A stretch of DNA of 64,000 nt from Octopus sinensis (taxonomy: Eukaryota), in assembly GCF_006345805.1 (NCBI RefSeq), contig NC_042998.1, positions 123,132,001 through 123,196,000 of the forward strand, given 5' to 3'. The translations under genes were made by a program, and so were the position numbers. Shown here one piece after another: positions 52,175 to 64,000 of the stretch. Position 1 is the first letter of the stretch. The number at the start of each line of letters is the position of its first letter. The notes beneath the pieces were generated by a model that made no database searches, was not told where the DNA came from, and was given only the letters and a program-made list of their open reading frames with translations.

Positions 52175-54505
52175 GCATCAATGTTGGCGCAACCCAACAG
52201 CCATTTAAGACAGACGCATTCCTCAAGACACTGGAAGTTGTCCACTTTATAGGCTCATGGGAAGGCAATGTTCAGCGGGGATGAGACTTTCTCAGGGACA
52301 TCATCCATTGCACTGCACGAAGGGTCTTTAGAAGGAGGATGAAAATGATACAAGGCTGGTGGAGAAGCGTGCCGCCCTGCTAAAGTCCAAACCCCAACCC
52401 ATCAGGGTAACGCAGCAAGCATTGATATCAGCAAAGAAAAACATGCAGAAGACAGCGAGACGGTGGGCAGATGAGTACTTGTTACAACTATGCGTAGATA
52501 CCCAACGGTCATTTGACACGGGCAACATTCGTGGAATGCATGATGGTAACAAGAGAGCCATAGGCCCAGTTATAGCAAGATAGCTCCATTCAAATCCAGA
52601 ACAGGGGAAGTTATCAAAGGCAAAAGAGAGAAACTGGAGAGAAGGGTGGAACTTTATTCCGAACTATACATCAAGGAAAACATCATCTCGGACAGTGCGC
52701 TAGATGCCTTGGAACACCTGCCTGTCATGGAGGAGCTGGACACACTGCCAACATCTGAAGAACTGAGCAGAGCCATTGATGGCATGCTCACTGGAAAAGC
52801 CCCAAGTTTGGACGGCATTCCACCAGAGACCATCGGATGTGCAACGTAGCCACTTGCTGAAGCTACGGTGTCAGTGCTACGAGGAGGGACCAGTCCTACA
52901 AGACATGAGATACTGCAACATTGTCACCCTATATAAGAACAAAGGGGACAGAAGCGACTGCAATAATTAACGAGACATCTCATTGTTAAGCATCGTCAGA
53001 AACGTTTTTGTCCGCATGGTCCTAATCAGCCTACAGGAAATCACTCAGAGGGTATACCTCAAATCTCAATGCGTTATCACATCAGATGGCTCCACCATCG
53101 ACATCATTTCTCTTCGACAGCTACAGAAATGCCAAGAGCAAAGGCAAACGCTCTTTATCACCTTCATCGATCTCACGAAGGATTTTGACCTAGTCAGTAG
53201 AGACGGCCTTTTCAAAATCCTTGCTAAGATTGGCTGTCCTTCGAGATTCCTCATGATTGTCCAATCATTTCACGCGGTCATGAAAGGCATCGTTCAATTT
53301 GATGGATTTTCTTGGGAGTCCTTCAACATATGCAGCGGCGTGAAGCCGGGCTGTGTGCTTACCACAACTCTGGTAACTTCTTAGCCGCTATGATGAAACA
53401 TGCAATTGGGACATCAACTGATGGTGTTTACCTTCGCACCAGATAAGATGGTAAACTGTTTAGTCTGTCGAGGCTGAAAGCAAGATAGAGGTTGCGCCAG
53501 ATACTCGTCAGAGAAATTCTGTTCGCGGACGTTGCCCTATTGACAGCGCACGCTGAAGAGCAAATCCAGCACCTCATGGATAATTTTCAAAAGCCTGTCA
53601 GGAATTCAGTCTGACTATCAGTCTGAAATAGACCAGAGTATTGGGCCAAAGTGCCAAGTTATTACTATCAACAGCTACAAGCTGGGGGTAGTCCATGAAT
53701 TCACCTATCTTGGCTCAACCATCGCCATCGCTGATGATCTCTCCCTAGATCCTGAAATCAACAAGTGAATGAGGCAAGACATTTGCCAGGCTCACAAAGA
53801 AAGTCTGGGAAAACGAACAACTGCTTGCAAACGTCAAGATTGATGTATATAAGGCGTGCATCCTTAGTACGCTACTTTACTGCAATGAGACGTGGAGCCT
53901 GTACTCCAGAGAGGAAAGGGGTCTCAATGACTTTCAACTTCGTAATTTGAAACGCATCATGGATATCAAGTGGACCAAAAACTTCCCCAACACTGAAGTC
54001 CTTAAGCGCACGGAATTACCCAGCACACTCACCCTGCGCCAGCAGCGTCGTTTGCACTGGCTCGGTCATGTACAACGCATGCCAGATAGAAGGATGCCAA
54101 AAGGCCCCCTGTATGGGGACGTGGCCATCAGCACAAGAACAAGGGGACGATCTCATCTTCATTTCAAGGACATCTGTAAGAGGGATATAAATTCGCTTGA
54201 TCTGGACGTCCTGTGACAGGAGGAAGTTGCAAGTGATCGCCCGCCCTGGAGACAAATACTGCGAAAGAGGATGAAGCAAGCAGAAGAAAAATAAGAACTC
54301 GACACCAAAGAAAAGCGCACTCAACGGAAGGAAAAATTAGTAGCGCCGGCAGATAGCTCCTTCAAATGCAATCGTTGTATGCGTCACTGCTACTCCCGTG
54401 TGGGTATGTATAGCCACTGCAGACGCTGCACCTCCATCATCAGCTGGTAAGATTTCTTCGGGCGCAGATCTATGGCCTCTCGAGACCGACGGCTACCTAC
54501 TACTG
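52175..54505 (+). mobile_element. RTE-clade LINE (different subfamily from 4640), 5'-truncated, decayed
   Basis: SRHWKL, GNIRGMHDG.KRAIGP, GKAPSLDGIPPE, IVTLYKNKGDRSDCNN, FIDLTKDFDLVSRDGL, SGVKPGCVL, LFADVA, FTYLGSTI, QQRRLHWLGHVQRM, C-terminal FKCNRC.RHCYSRVGMYSH.RRC, and a (CTA)n tail. Confidence 0.93.
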
Positions 54506-55079
54506 GATGTGAATGAAGTGGGAAGACTTATGATTTCATAGAGCATCTTTGACCCGTAAGATAAATGCCGTTAATCTATTTAAATTGTTACAAATTGATA
54601 CATCCAGGAATATCATGAGCATAGGGGAGACTCTACAAATCCAATATTCTACGATGGAATGCTTAAGGACAGTGAGCATTCTAGTTGTAGTAGTACAAAT
54701 GTAAAAGAGGTGTCTGGATGCTTGGGAGCCAGATGCTATTAAGGTCACTGCTTAGACTAAGGGTTTCGGGCGGACGTTTATCGGACTGAATGGATTAGTT
54801 TAAAAACACATTTAATGCCAAGGTTGTTCTATATAGATTAACGGAGAAGTGTCGTGCCAACTGAGCCGGACGTAGTTGATAGTCACCAAAAATTTGTGAG
54901 ATTCGTTGAGGTGATCAGATGAGGAGAGGTTCGAAAATGCCTGGATAAATGGTTCCTAAAAAAACCCCAATGATTATTCATATCCGTTCAGCATATAGGG
55001 AATACGTGTACCAGTAGCGTAGGAAGTTGATACCCGGATAGATTCACTTTCTGCGCTGTTTAGTATTGACGGACTATGA

Positions 55080-55270
55080 GACAATGAAGGAGGTTCTACG
55101 TTATCATTCAACTTGCTAGAAATGGCAGTTAAATCTTCAAACCCACCTCTTCCGGCTTTAAAGGAAAATATATGTTAGAAAGCGTATTCCTGTATACTTT
55201 CAAAACGAGAAGGCAACTGACGGAAAACCTTTGGTCATAAGCCTGCGTGTTCACAGCTGATCTGCGGGCT
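55080..55270 (+). mobile_element. SINE 3' fragment
   Basis: tcattcaacttgctagaaatggcagttaaatct...cctttggtcataagcctgc...gctgatctgcgggcta resembles a common octopus-type SINE tail (recollection). Confidence 0.5.
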
Positions 55271-56956
55271 ACATATTAAGAGTTTGTAGGAGTTAGTAGG
55301 AGTTGTATACATTAAACTAGTGAAGAATGCCAATTATAGAGATAGGTGATGAAAAACTGCTGCTGGTAACCAGAGGAGTTTAAGAAGTGGAAAGAATATA
55401 CGTTGAATTTAGGAAAGTTGGGAAGCAAGACATTGAACATGAGTAACTAGAATTCCTTGTTTTTGATATTCAGACCAGTGAGGCAGATTGGATTTTCACC
55501 TATAAATATCAAATAATACAAAGCTGTCTGAGAGTTAAATGGCATTTTCTTCAGGGATACAGGGATCATAAATCTGGTCATTAACCATATAACCATTCTT
55601 TCCGGAAATCTGTTCTCTTAACGATTTCATAGAAAAATGTACGTCAATATAATTCTCCATCTGTTTGATTTCAGTCTAAATGGTAATTTACTTGTGATGA
55701 ATGTGTTTCCTTGACAAGATCAGTCAGGTTAGAAAACTGATTGATTATATCTGACATAATATTACCCCATATATTCATATTCATTAACTTCTTTTGATTC
55801 TAAAATGTTTTACGTTCCAACTTTATTGATATACTGCTCTATTCCTTCTGCTAAACTGTTTTGACTATTTCTGTTTATAGTTCCACCTGAGTGTGCAACA
55901 TCTGCACAATACTAAAACTGAATTAAGACAAATTATTTATTATCAATTCCGATAAAATAATTTGGCAATAGTTCCGTGCTCTTTTTCTCTAACTTTTCTG
56001 ACTGCTACATACGAAAATGCCGCAAAATATAATCAGTAATACTACTCATAACAATATATACAAATAGTAACAAATAGCATTTGAATGTCTGTAGCTAAAT
56101 ACAGAAGTGTCTGAAAGTGACTGCAAACAGATATTTAGGTCAGGAATCTGGTTGTTAACTATTTCATAGTTATATAACATAGTTTGCTTTCATACATAGA
56201 AAGATAAATCATTCCATATATTGGCACTGGATTTCAAATACTTCATTCATGAATTTAGAACTGTAAATAGTAATGCAAGTGAAATGAAACGTTTACAATC
56301 AAGAATCACTGCAAGACCTATATACGTCGGTTTCTGGTTTAGAATATGCAGGCTATGAAATATTAACATTCAAGTGTATTGCATATATAATACCAATTTT
56401 ACGTATATGGCTACATTAAATTGTATCCGAAATGAAATTTTTAAAGTAATTCTTGATCGAAGGTTTACTCTAAATTCCGGTCCATTTAAACTTTTTCCCT
56501 CACTCAGTCTTTAACGCTCAGTAACATAATACAACCAAGATTGTGCTTTGAGAGTTGTAAAGAACATGATTTAGCATTTAGAGATAGTTTCTTTTAAGGA
56601 GAAAAAATGTTTTAATGTATAATCATTGCTTCCATTTAGGTGTTTTAAGAATTCTATATCCTCTTTTACTTCCTGAATGAGAATCTTCCAATACGTATGC
56701 TAATGTCAATAAAAAAAAAGATAAATTAATATACAAGAAAATTAGGTCAATGAGGTAAACTGCTTTATGTATTTTCATAAGAATAACAGATGCTTTTTAA
56801 TAATGCATTTTATCAGTAATATTTTTCACAATACATCTAGGTTTTTAAAGTACCCAATCGCTGATAATGTGCATTTCCGATGAGGAAAGTGACAGGAAGG
56901 AGTGTGTACAAAACGGGCTGAGTGTGTATATTTTCTACTGATATGCACAACCCCAG

Positions 56957-56957
<1 letters not shown>

Positions 56958-56987
<30 letters not shown>

Positions 56988-57125
56988 TGTATGTATGTAT
57001 GTATGTATGTATGTATGTATGTATTATGTATGTATGTATGTATGCATGTATGAATGTGTGTGTATACGTGCGTATGTATGTACATATGTATGTATGTATG
57101 TATCTATCTATCTAGCTAGCTAGCT
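56958..57125. repeat. (TATG)n/(TATC)n microsatellite
   Basis: Directly visible. Confidence 0.95.
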
Positions 57126-57505
57126 ACCTATGTTTGTGAAATATGTGTGTGTATATATAAAATGTGTATGTGCTTATCTATGTTTGTTCGTATGAGTATC
57201 GTAAATAGAGAAGCATTGAGTAATACGGTAGTATGAAAATAAATATCTTTTACGAAATCTACGAATATAGATGTAAGTAATGAAAGCCAGTCCGTCTGAA
57301 TAAAATTCTAATTTTGGTGTTTCAGCATAGGACAAACACTTTGGTGTAATAAAATCACGACCATCAAGGTTATGGTAGCTATATGGTTGAATCCTGTTAA
57401 TGGCTATCTGCTGTCATTTTTCCTTTGTCCAAGTTACTTTTAGTAAATATATTATGAGCTACTATTTATGACTATCGTTGAATTTGAGCCTCCTCGCAAC
57501 ATGGC

Positions 57506-57536
<31 letters not shown>

Positions 57537-57564
57537 AGGGGTTTGTATGACTGTTTATAGAAGG

Positions 57565-57727
57565 ATATATATTATTCAAAGAAATTCCAACTCTGTCTTT
57601 TGAAACACTCCTGTCACAACCTGGGACCTTGAAGACTGCTATAACGCATGAAAGTATACTAGTCCCCTCATATTTTATATTCAACATTTCATCTATTCAA
57701 TAAGACAATCAATACTTCATTTCGTTT

Positions 57728-57767
<40 letters not shown>

Positions 57768-57861
57768 TATACTATATATTCTATATTCTACATTAATATT
57801 ATAAAGAATATAAATAAAACAAAAAACAGACAGAGTTGGAATTTCTTTGATTAATATATAT
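57565..57861. mobile_element. MITE-like unit bounded by 34-bp inverted repeats
   Basis: atatatattattcaaagaaattccaactctgtct (57565-57598) against the reverse complement of 57828-57861: 33/34 identity, with TA-rich outer ends. Confidence 0.6.
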
Positions 57862-57931
57862 ATATGTATGTATATATATGTATATGTATGTATATATATA
57901 TACATATAAATATATATATATTATATATATA

Positions 57932-57985
<54 letters not shown>

Positions 57986-57989
57986 TATA

Positions 57990-58095
57990 TATAAATGTAA
58001 AAAATACAAACTGGGACAAGAACGTGAAACATTTAGAAGACGATACAAAAAACACGGACGGGACATTCGAAGCCTTCAATCTTCAGTGAAATATA
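57990..58095 (-). mobile_element. Short interspersed-repeat fragment, possibly a Penelope-like terminus
   Basis: aaactgggacaagaacgtgaaacatttagaagacgatacaaaaaacacggacgggacattcgaagccttcaatcttcagt between (TA)n tracts; assignment from recollection only. Confidence 0.35.
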
Positions 58096-58134
58096 TATAT
58101 GAATTCGTGTGTGTGTGTGTGTGTATGTGTTCAA

Positions 58135-58420
58135 TTGAGTGAGTTTCTTTCCCGGACTAGGTTGTGGGTTGTCTTCTTCTGCAAGACACTTTATTCCACG
58201 TTGCTTCAGTTTACTCAGCTGTAAAAGTGAGTTACGACGTCACTGGTGCCAAGCTGCATTAGCGTTTGCCTTTTCCTTGGATAACATCGCTGGCGTGGAG
58301 ATAGGAGGCTAGTCTGCATTGGCGACTTCTGGTCTTCCATAAACAACCTTGCCTTACTTGTACCATGGAGACATCTTTCTAGGTGCTATATCATGGTAAT
58401 TCATGACTGAAGAGAGTCTT
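58135..58420 (+). mobile_element. Decayed SINE (third family, related to 24318)
   Basis: gcaagacactttattccacgttgcttcagtttactcagctgta...gtcactggtgccaagctg...ggtcttccataaacaaccttgcc. Confidence 0.7.
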
Positions 58421-58429
58421 TATCTGACA

Positions 58430-59111
58430 TTCATACACCCATACATACATACATGCATACAAACAAACATACATACATACAAACAAACATACGTACATAC
58501 ATACATACAATCATACATACATACATACATACATACATACATACATGCATACATACATACGTACATGCATACATACATACATACAATCATACATACATGC
58601 ATACATACATACATACATGCATACATACATACATACATACATACATACAAACAAACATACATACATACACATATACATATATACATGATACAATCATATA
58701 TATATATATATGCATATATAGAGAGAGTGAGAGAGTGCAATAGATATATAGATACATATATATGTTTGTGTGTGTGTGTGTGTGGATGTGTGTGTGTGTG
58801 TGCGCGCACACAAAACATATATATTTATATACTTAAGTACTTATCTGTCGTGGATGAGGGGTTGCAATATTTTGATGAACAATGACACAGAGACTTCGTT
58901 TATATATATCAAACGTGTGTGTTCACAGAAGCTCAAACCTTCTGTGAAATCGCCGTTGCTTGTACAGGTGCATAATTATGCGATGTGTTAGTCGCACTGA
59001 CCGTAAAGCAACGTTAAATGAATTCTTTTGTACAACGCACAGCTCGCCATCATTAGGTCATCTATATAAGTACATACTTACATACATATATGCATTGACA
59101 TACATACATAA

Positions 59112-59144
<33 letters not shown>

Positions 59145-59222
59145 TATGCATGTATACATACATATATATATGTATATATACATGCATACATACATATATA
59201 TATGTATGCATGTATGTATAAA

Positions 59223-59261
<39 letters not shown>

Positions 59262-59268
59262 ATATATA

Positions 59269-59328
<60 letters not shown>

Positions 59329-60800
59329 TACATGTGTATATATATGTACATATGTACATACCCGCACATATAGGTATGTATATATATATATGTATATATG
59401 TATATATATACACGCGCGAACACACACCTATATATACATATATATATGTATATATATAAATATGTATACATATATATATATATAGAGAGAGAGAGAAAGA
59501 GAGAGAAAGAGAGAGAAAGAGAGGGAGAGAGTGAGCGACAGAGACAGACAGAAAATGTTTAAAACATTACATCTTAGCGTACCCGGATGTAAGCAAGTGT
59601 CACTAATATAACTATTTCAAACATTATGAATTGGGAAACAGTTTGGAATTAAGTCTTGTGACTAGGTTTATTATGGATAGGCAACGGCTATTATTTTCCC
59701 AAGTCAACGTTTCAAAAGCTTCACACCCCGACAATATTTCATGAACTATCAAGTATAATCGGAACCATAATTTCACGTTAGAGTAACGCCTGGTATAACA
59801 AGTAAAGAAACACAACTGGAAATAGTCAAGAAGGCGCACACATGCAGAGAGGCATGGTTATACACACACATTCATACATAGATACATACGTACATACATA
59901 CATACATACATACATACATACATACATGCATACATGCATACATACATACATACATACATACATACATACATACATACATACATACATACATACATACATA
60001 CATACATACATACAATATATATAAATATGTATAATTACACATTCACCCCTGCACGCATTTATATATATGGAAAATGGAGGGAAAGACAAAGGGGAGAGAG
60101 AACTAGGGGTAATAAGTGTCAGGCAATATGTATCGGAAATGAAAATGATTCGAAATAGGTTGAGTTTCAATCAATACCTCTTGCAAACATATTGGATTAA
60201 CAGACATAAGTTATATACATACATACATACATACATACATACTTACATACATACACACATATACATACGTACATACATACATACACACATACATACATAC
60301 ATATATATACATACATACATACACACACACACAAACACTCATATATATGTAAGTATGTCCTCAAGCAGCCGACCGGGAATGTAACCTCCCGATTCAGCGA
60401 TTCGTCGATAATGATGACATTGATGAGTAAGTGTTCAATATTGCACAAAGTCGATGGGAAAACGTGGGAATAAATGTTGGTAGAGGGTGTAATGGTTGTT
60501 GCTGCAAATTGCATTTTTACGGACGTTTCTTGTGACTTGAAATAGGTCAGTTACGCTGGTGACTGAGTGGCGTTACTTCGTCACAATTTTCCGCATTCCT
60601 ATATTTATACATCAGCATCAGCTATTTAATGCCTTCTATCATAAGCTTAATCTAATGGACATACACATATATGTGTATTTCTATGCATGTATACACACAC
60701 AAATTACACACGTATTTATATATAATATATATATACATGCGCATATATCTATATATATATATATATATATATATAGATAGATAGATGGATAGATAAATAG

Positions 60801-60874
<74 letters not shown>

Positions 60875-61149
60875 CATGTATATATACAATATATATATAT
60901 GTAAATACATAATTTATACACACATACATATACATTATGTATACACGGATATATCTTTGTATATTATAATTGCGGCCATACTAGAGCACCACCCTGAAGA
61001 ATTTTCTGCCGAATGAATCAAACCCAGTTCTTTCCTTTAAGTCTAGTACAGATTCTATTATCTCTTTGCCAAACCGCTTGTCTACGGGGACGTAAACACC
61101 AACACCGGCCGTCAAGTAATGGCGGAGGACATATATAAATATATATATA

Positions 61150-61195
<46 letters not shown>
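58430..61195. repeat. Dense cluster of (TACA)n, (TA)n, (TATC)n and (GA)n microsatellites with short unique spacers
   Basis: Directly visible; accounts for most ORFs listed in this interval. Confidence 0.92.
60971..61131 (-). mobile_element. SINE 3' fragment (18459 family)
   Basis: tgcggccatactagagcacc...ggggacgtaaacaccaacaccg matches the reverse complement of the family 3' half. Confidence 0.7.
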
Positions 61196-61197
<2 letters not shown>

Positions 61198-61699
61198 GAT
61201 AGATAAATGGATAGATAGTTAGATAAATAGAGAAAAAGACAGGGAGAGAGAGAGGAGAAAGAGAGAGCAGATAGACGAGCAAAGAGATGTGCAAATGATA
61301 ACAGAATGAAGGTTTGAAAAGATAATGAGTGATAGTAGAGCTGCAGAATCGTAAACAAATAACTGAGAAAATTGTTGAAATAACAAGAATTAATATTGTT
61401 GGAAATTTACAGAAATGGCTAATTCGAAGCTAACTTAACAAATTTATTCCACCTACTTTTCCCGTCAAAAAATTGTAGACGTTTATCTTTCATCATTAAT
61501 ATATTTTTTAGCTAATGGAACCCATTTCAAAACACTACTAAGCAATTTCCGTCGTACCAATGTCCATATATCTCTGTCTGTTCCGGTTATTATAGATGTA
61601 TTCGTTTGTTTATACGAAAAAAAAAGGGAGAAAGATATACATCTTGTAGTCTCTTCAATGTACAATGTAAACATACGCACACAAACACATCTGCACATA

Positions 61700-62160
61700 C
61701 ACACACATATAACTGAAGGAGATATATGCGCACACACACACACTTATATGTGTGTATTGTGTGTAGATACATATACACGCAAACACCCCACCCCACATAT
61801 ATATGTATGTATATACATTTATAAATATATGTTTATATCCTTATGTTCAATATAGAAACTCACAAACACACAAATATGTGTGTGTATGTGTGCGTGCGTG
61901 TGTGTGTGTTTATGTAATAAATGAGCACATAAACACACACATAACTGAAGGTTATGTATGCACATGCACACACTTATATGTCTGTGTGTGGGGGAGAGGG
62001 TTGTAAATGCATATACACACATACACCCCAACACAAACATATATATGTATATATATACATTTATAAATATATATTTATATCGTTGTGTTTCTATATAGAA
62101 ACACACACAAATATGTGTGTGTATGTGTGCGTGCGTGTGTGTGTGTTTATGTAAATAAAT
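61700..62160. repeat. Two-copy tandem duplication, ~232-bp period, built from microsatellite-like sequence
   Basis: aactgaagg anchor at 61711 and 61943; shared blocks cacttatatg, tatatacatttataaatatat, and caaatatgtgtgtgtatgtgtgcgtgcgtgtgtgtgtgtttatgtaa. Confidence 0.85.
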
Positions 62161-62859
62161 ATGCTAGCAAGAAAAAAATTTGGGCTTTGCACACTAACAT
62201 ATCTAGATTATACTATACGCTGGTAGGCCATATTCTATGCGTATCAATAAACGCATGTATTTACCGTTCAAATGTACGCACACAGAAGCATATACAACTC
62301 CACTAACACATCATATTATATTTGCACACATATTGGTACTACATTTAATTTATATATATGCATTTACATATATATTGGTCCTACATTTAATTTATATATA
62401 TGCATATATATCAAAGCAAGTGCGTTTGTGTGACAGTGTGTGACGGGGAGATAGACACTAAAACATAAGCACATACAAAAGATAAGTGCAAACATTCATA
62501 CAATTATACTCATCCATTATATACAGTCTTCAAAAAGATATAGACACGTTTTTATTTACTTTCAAAATGCCTTCGTTAACTCGAATACTGGCGTTCAAAG
62601 AGAGAAAACAAATAATGTTTACTTAAACCAGGCTACTTCAAAGAAGGAAGTATGTAAATACACCCTCAATCGTACGCATATTCTCACAAATAAGGACATA
62701 CACACACACACACACAGACATATACACACACACACATATATATACAAAGACATTCGCTATGAACGCAAGTACTATTTCTTTGAATCTCCGTGCAATTATT
62801 ATTTATCTTATAAATCTAGTCAATAGCTGAGGAAGTAGAAATAATACTAGCCAATATCA

Positions 62860-63146
62860 TATGTATATACGCATATGTATGTATGTCTGTATGTATGTAT
62901 GCATGTATGTATGTATGTATGTATGTATGTATGTATGTATGCATGCATGCATGCATGCACGTAAGCATGTATGTATGTATATATATGTATACACACATAC
63001 AGAGACATATATATATAAGAATACATACATATATGAATATATATATATATTCTATGTATATATGTATGTATCTATTTATATATATATAAATCTATCTATA
63101 TATATATAAGTATATATATAAGTATATATGTGTGTACGCTTGCATG

Positions 63147-63189
<43 letters not shown>

Positions 63190-63300
63190 CATAACCACAC
63201 ACGTTCATACGCACACAGATAGATACACGCATACACGCACATATACATATGTATACATACATTAGTATGTTTCTGTGTATGACTATGTCTGTGCATGTAT
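62860..63300. repeat. (TATG)n/(TA)n microsatellite region
   Basis: Directly visible. Confidence 0.92.
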
Positions 63301-63744
63301 ATCTGTATATGTATTCTATTTGTTTAGAAATAACTTTCAACATTCACAATATTGAGAAATATGAATTTTTTATAAATTATTTCTCACTTCCTCAGTCTTA
63401 ACTAAAATACAAAACTACTTAATATAGTTTCACGAAGAAAATTAAATTATTTTCCGTAACGCATCTCTACTCTCAGAAAAGTAAATAATTTAGAAAAGAC
63501 ATAGAAACAAATTAAGAGCATAATTCTAAAGTAACAGTTTGTGATCACGGTTTGCCATATTTAGACATACACTGTTATGTTTTTATAATGCATCAATTGT
63601 TCTAAGATGCTTACATTTTTTTAGTGCTTTTTGTAAAATTTAAATTCTAAGGGAACAGTGACAACTATTGCAAATGATTTAACGCCCGTAAATCAGATTC
63701 TGGGACTTGTGAAACGGTATTAGTTTGTACTTATATTATCGGTC

Positions 63745-63830
63745 AGATTTGTTGAACCGCTAAGTTAAACACCAACACCGGTGGTCAAACAGCGGTGTGG
63801 GACAGACACAGGCACAATGAATCACCCACC
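63745..63830 (-). mobile_element. Small SINE fragment (18459 family)
   Basis: gaaccgctaagtt...aaacaccaacaccggtggtcaa...gacagacaca. Confidence 0.55.
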
Positions 63831-63880
63831 CAAACACACACACACATACATGCGAGTTTTGATAAATAAGTATCGGGACT

Positions 63881-63894
63881 GTTGCCATAGTAAC
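63881..63894. promoter_or_regulatory. RFX X-box motif GTTGCCATAGTAAC
   Basis: Matches the 14-bp imperfect palindrome consensus GTNRCC-AT-RGYAAC; lies outside repeats in a locally CpG-containing patch. Confidence 0.55.
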
Positions 63895-64000
63895 GAAATC
63901 AAAGCACGCAGAGCGAAGCTGTTTGGCACATTTCCTATGCATGCACACTAAGTTTTAAAGTTCTAGCTCACCTCCAAGTTCTAGCTTGGAAATAATGTGC

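Noticed and set aside
60380-60450. Minus-strand INVIIIDES resembling a helicase Walker B motif
   Set aside because: There is no Walker A or other helicase motif nearby and no splice sites support that frame.

Overview
AT-rich, microsatellite-saturated eukaryotic genomic DNA. The tRNA-derived SINE set, the (TA)n/(TATG)n/(TAA)n load and the LINE mix are most consistent with an octopus genome (inference from remembered repeat families, not a database match). I cannot identify any intact, named protein-coding gene. Nearly all ORFs in the supplied track are microsatellite translations or decayed transposon pieces. The window is dominated by mobile DNA: two different RTE LINEs (the first interrupted by a 614-bp solo LTR with a 4-bp TSD), a CR1-type LINE, a nest of about seven R4/Dong-type LINE fragments plus a Tx1/L1-like 3' end among triplet microsatellites at 37-51 kb, three Tc1/mariner elements, a MITE-like unit and about ten SINE copies. 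It also holds three copies of an unclassified ~550-bp element that always sits in triplet repeats. Other notable structures are a near-perfect 141-bp-arm palindrome, two short exact sequence copies taken from one old LINE segment, a consensus RFX X-box near the right end, and a few unconfirmed splice-flanked candidate exons. I found no clearly novel biological system; the best leads are in retroelement biology and a possible unannotated host gene.
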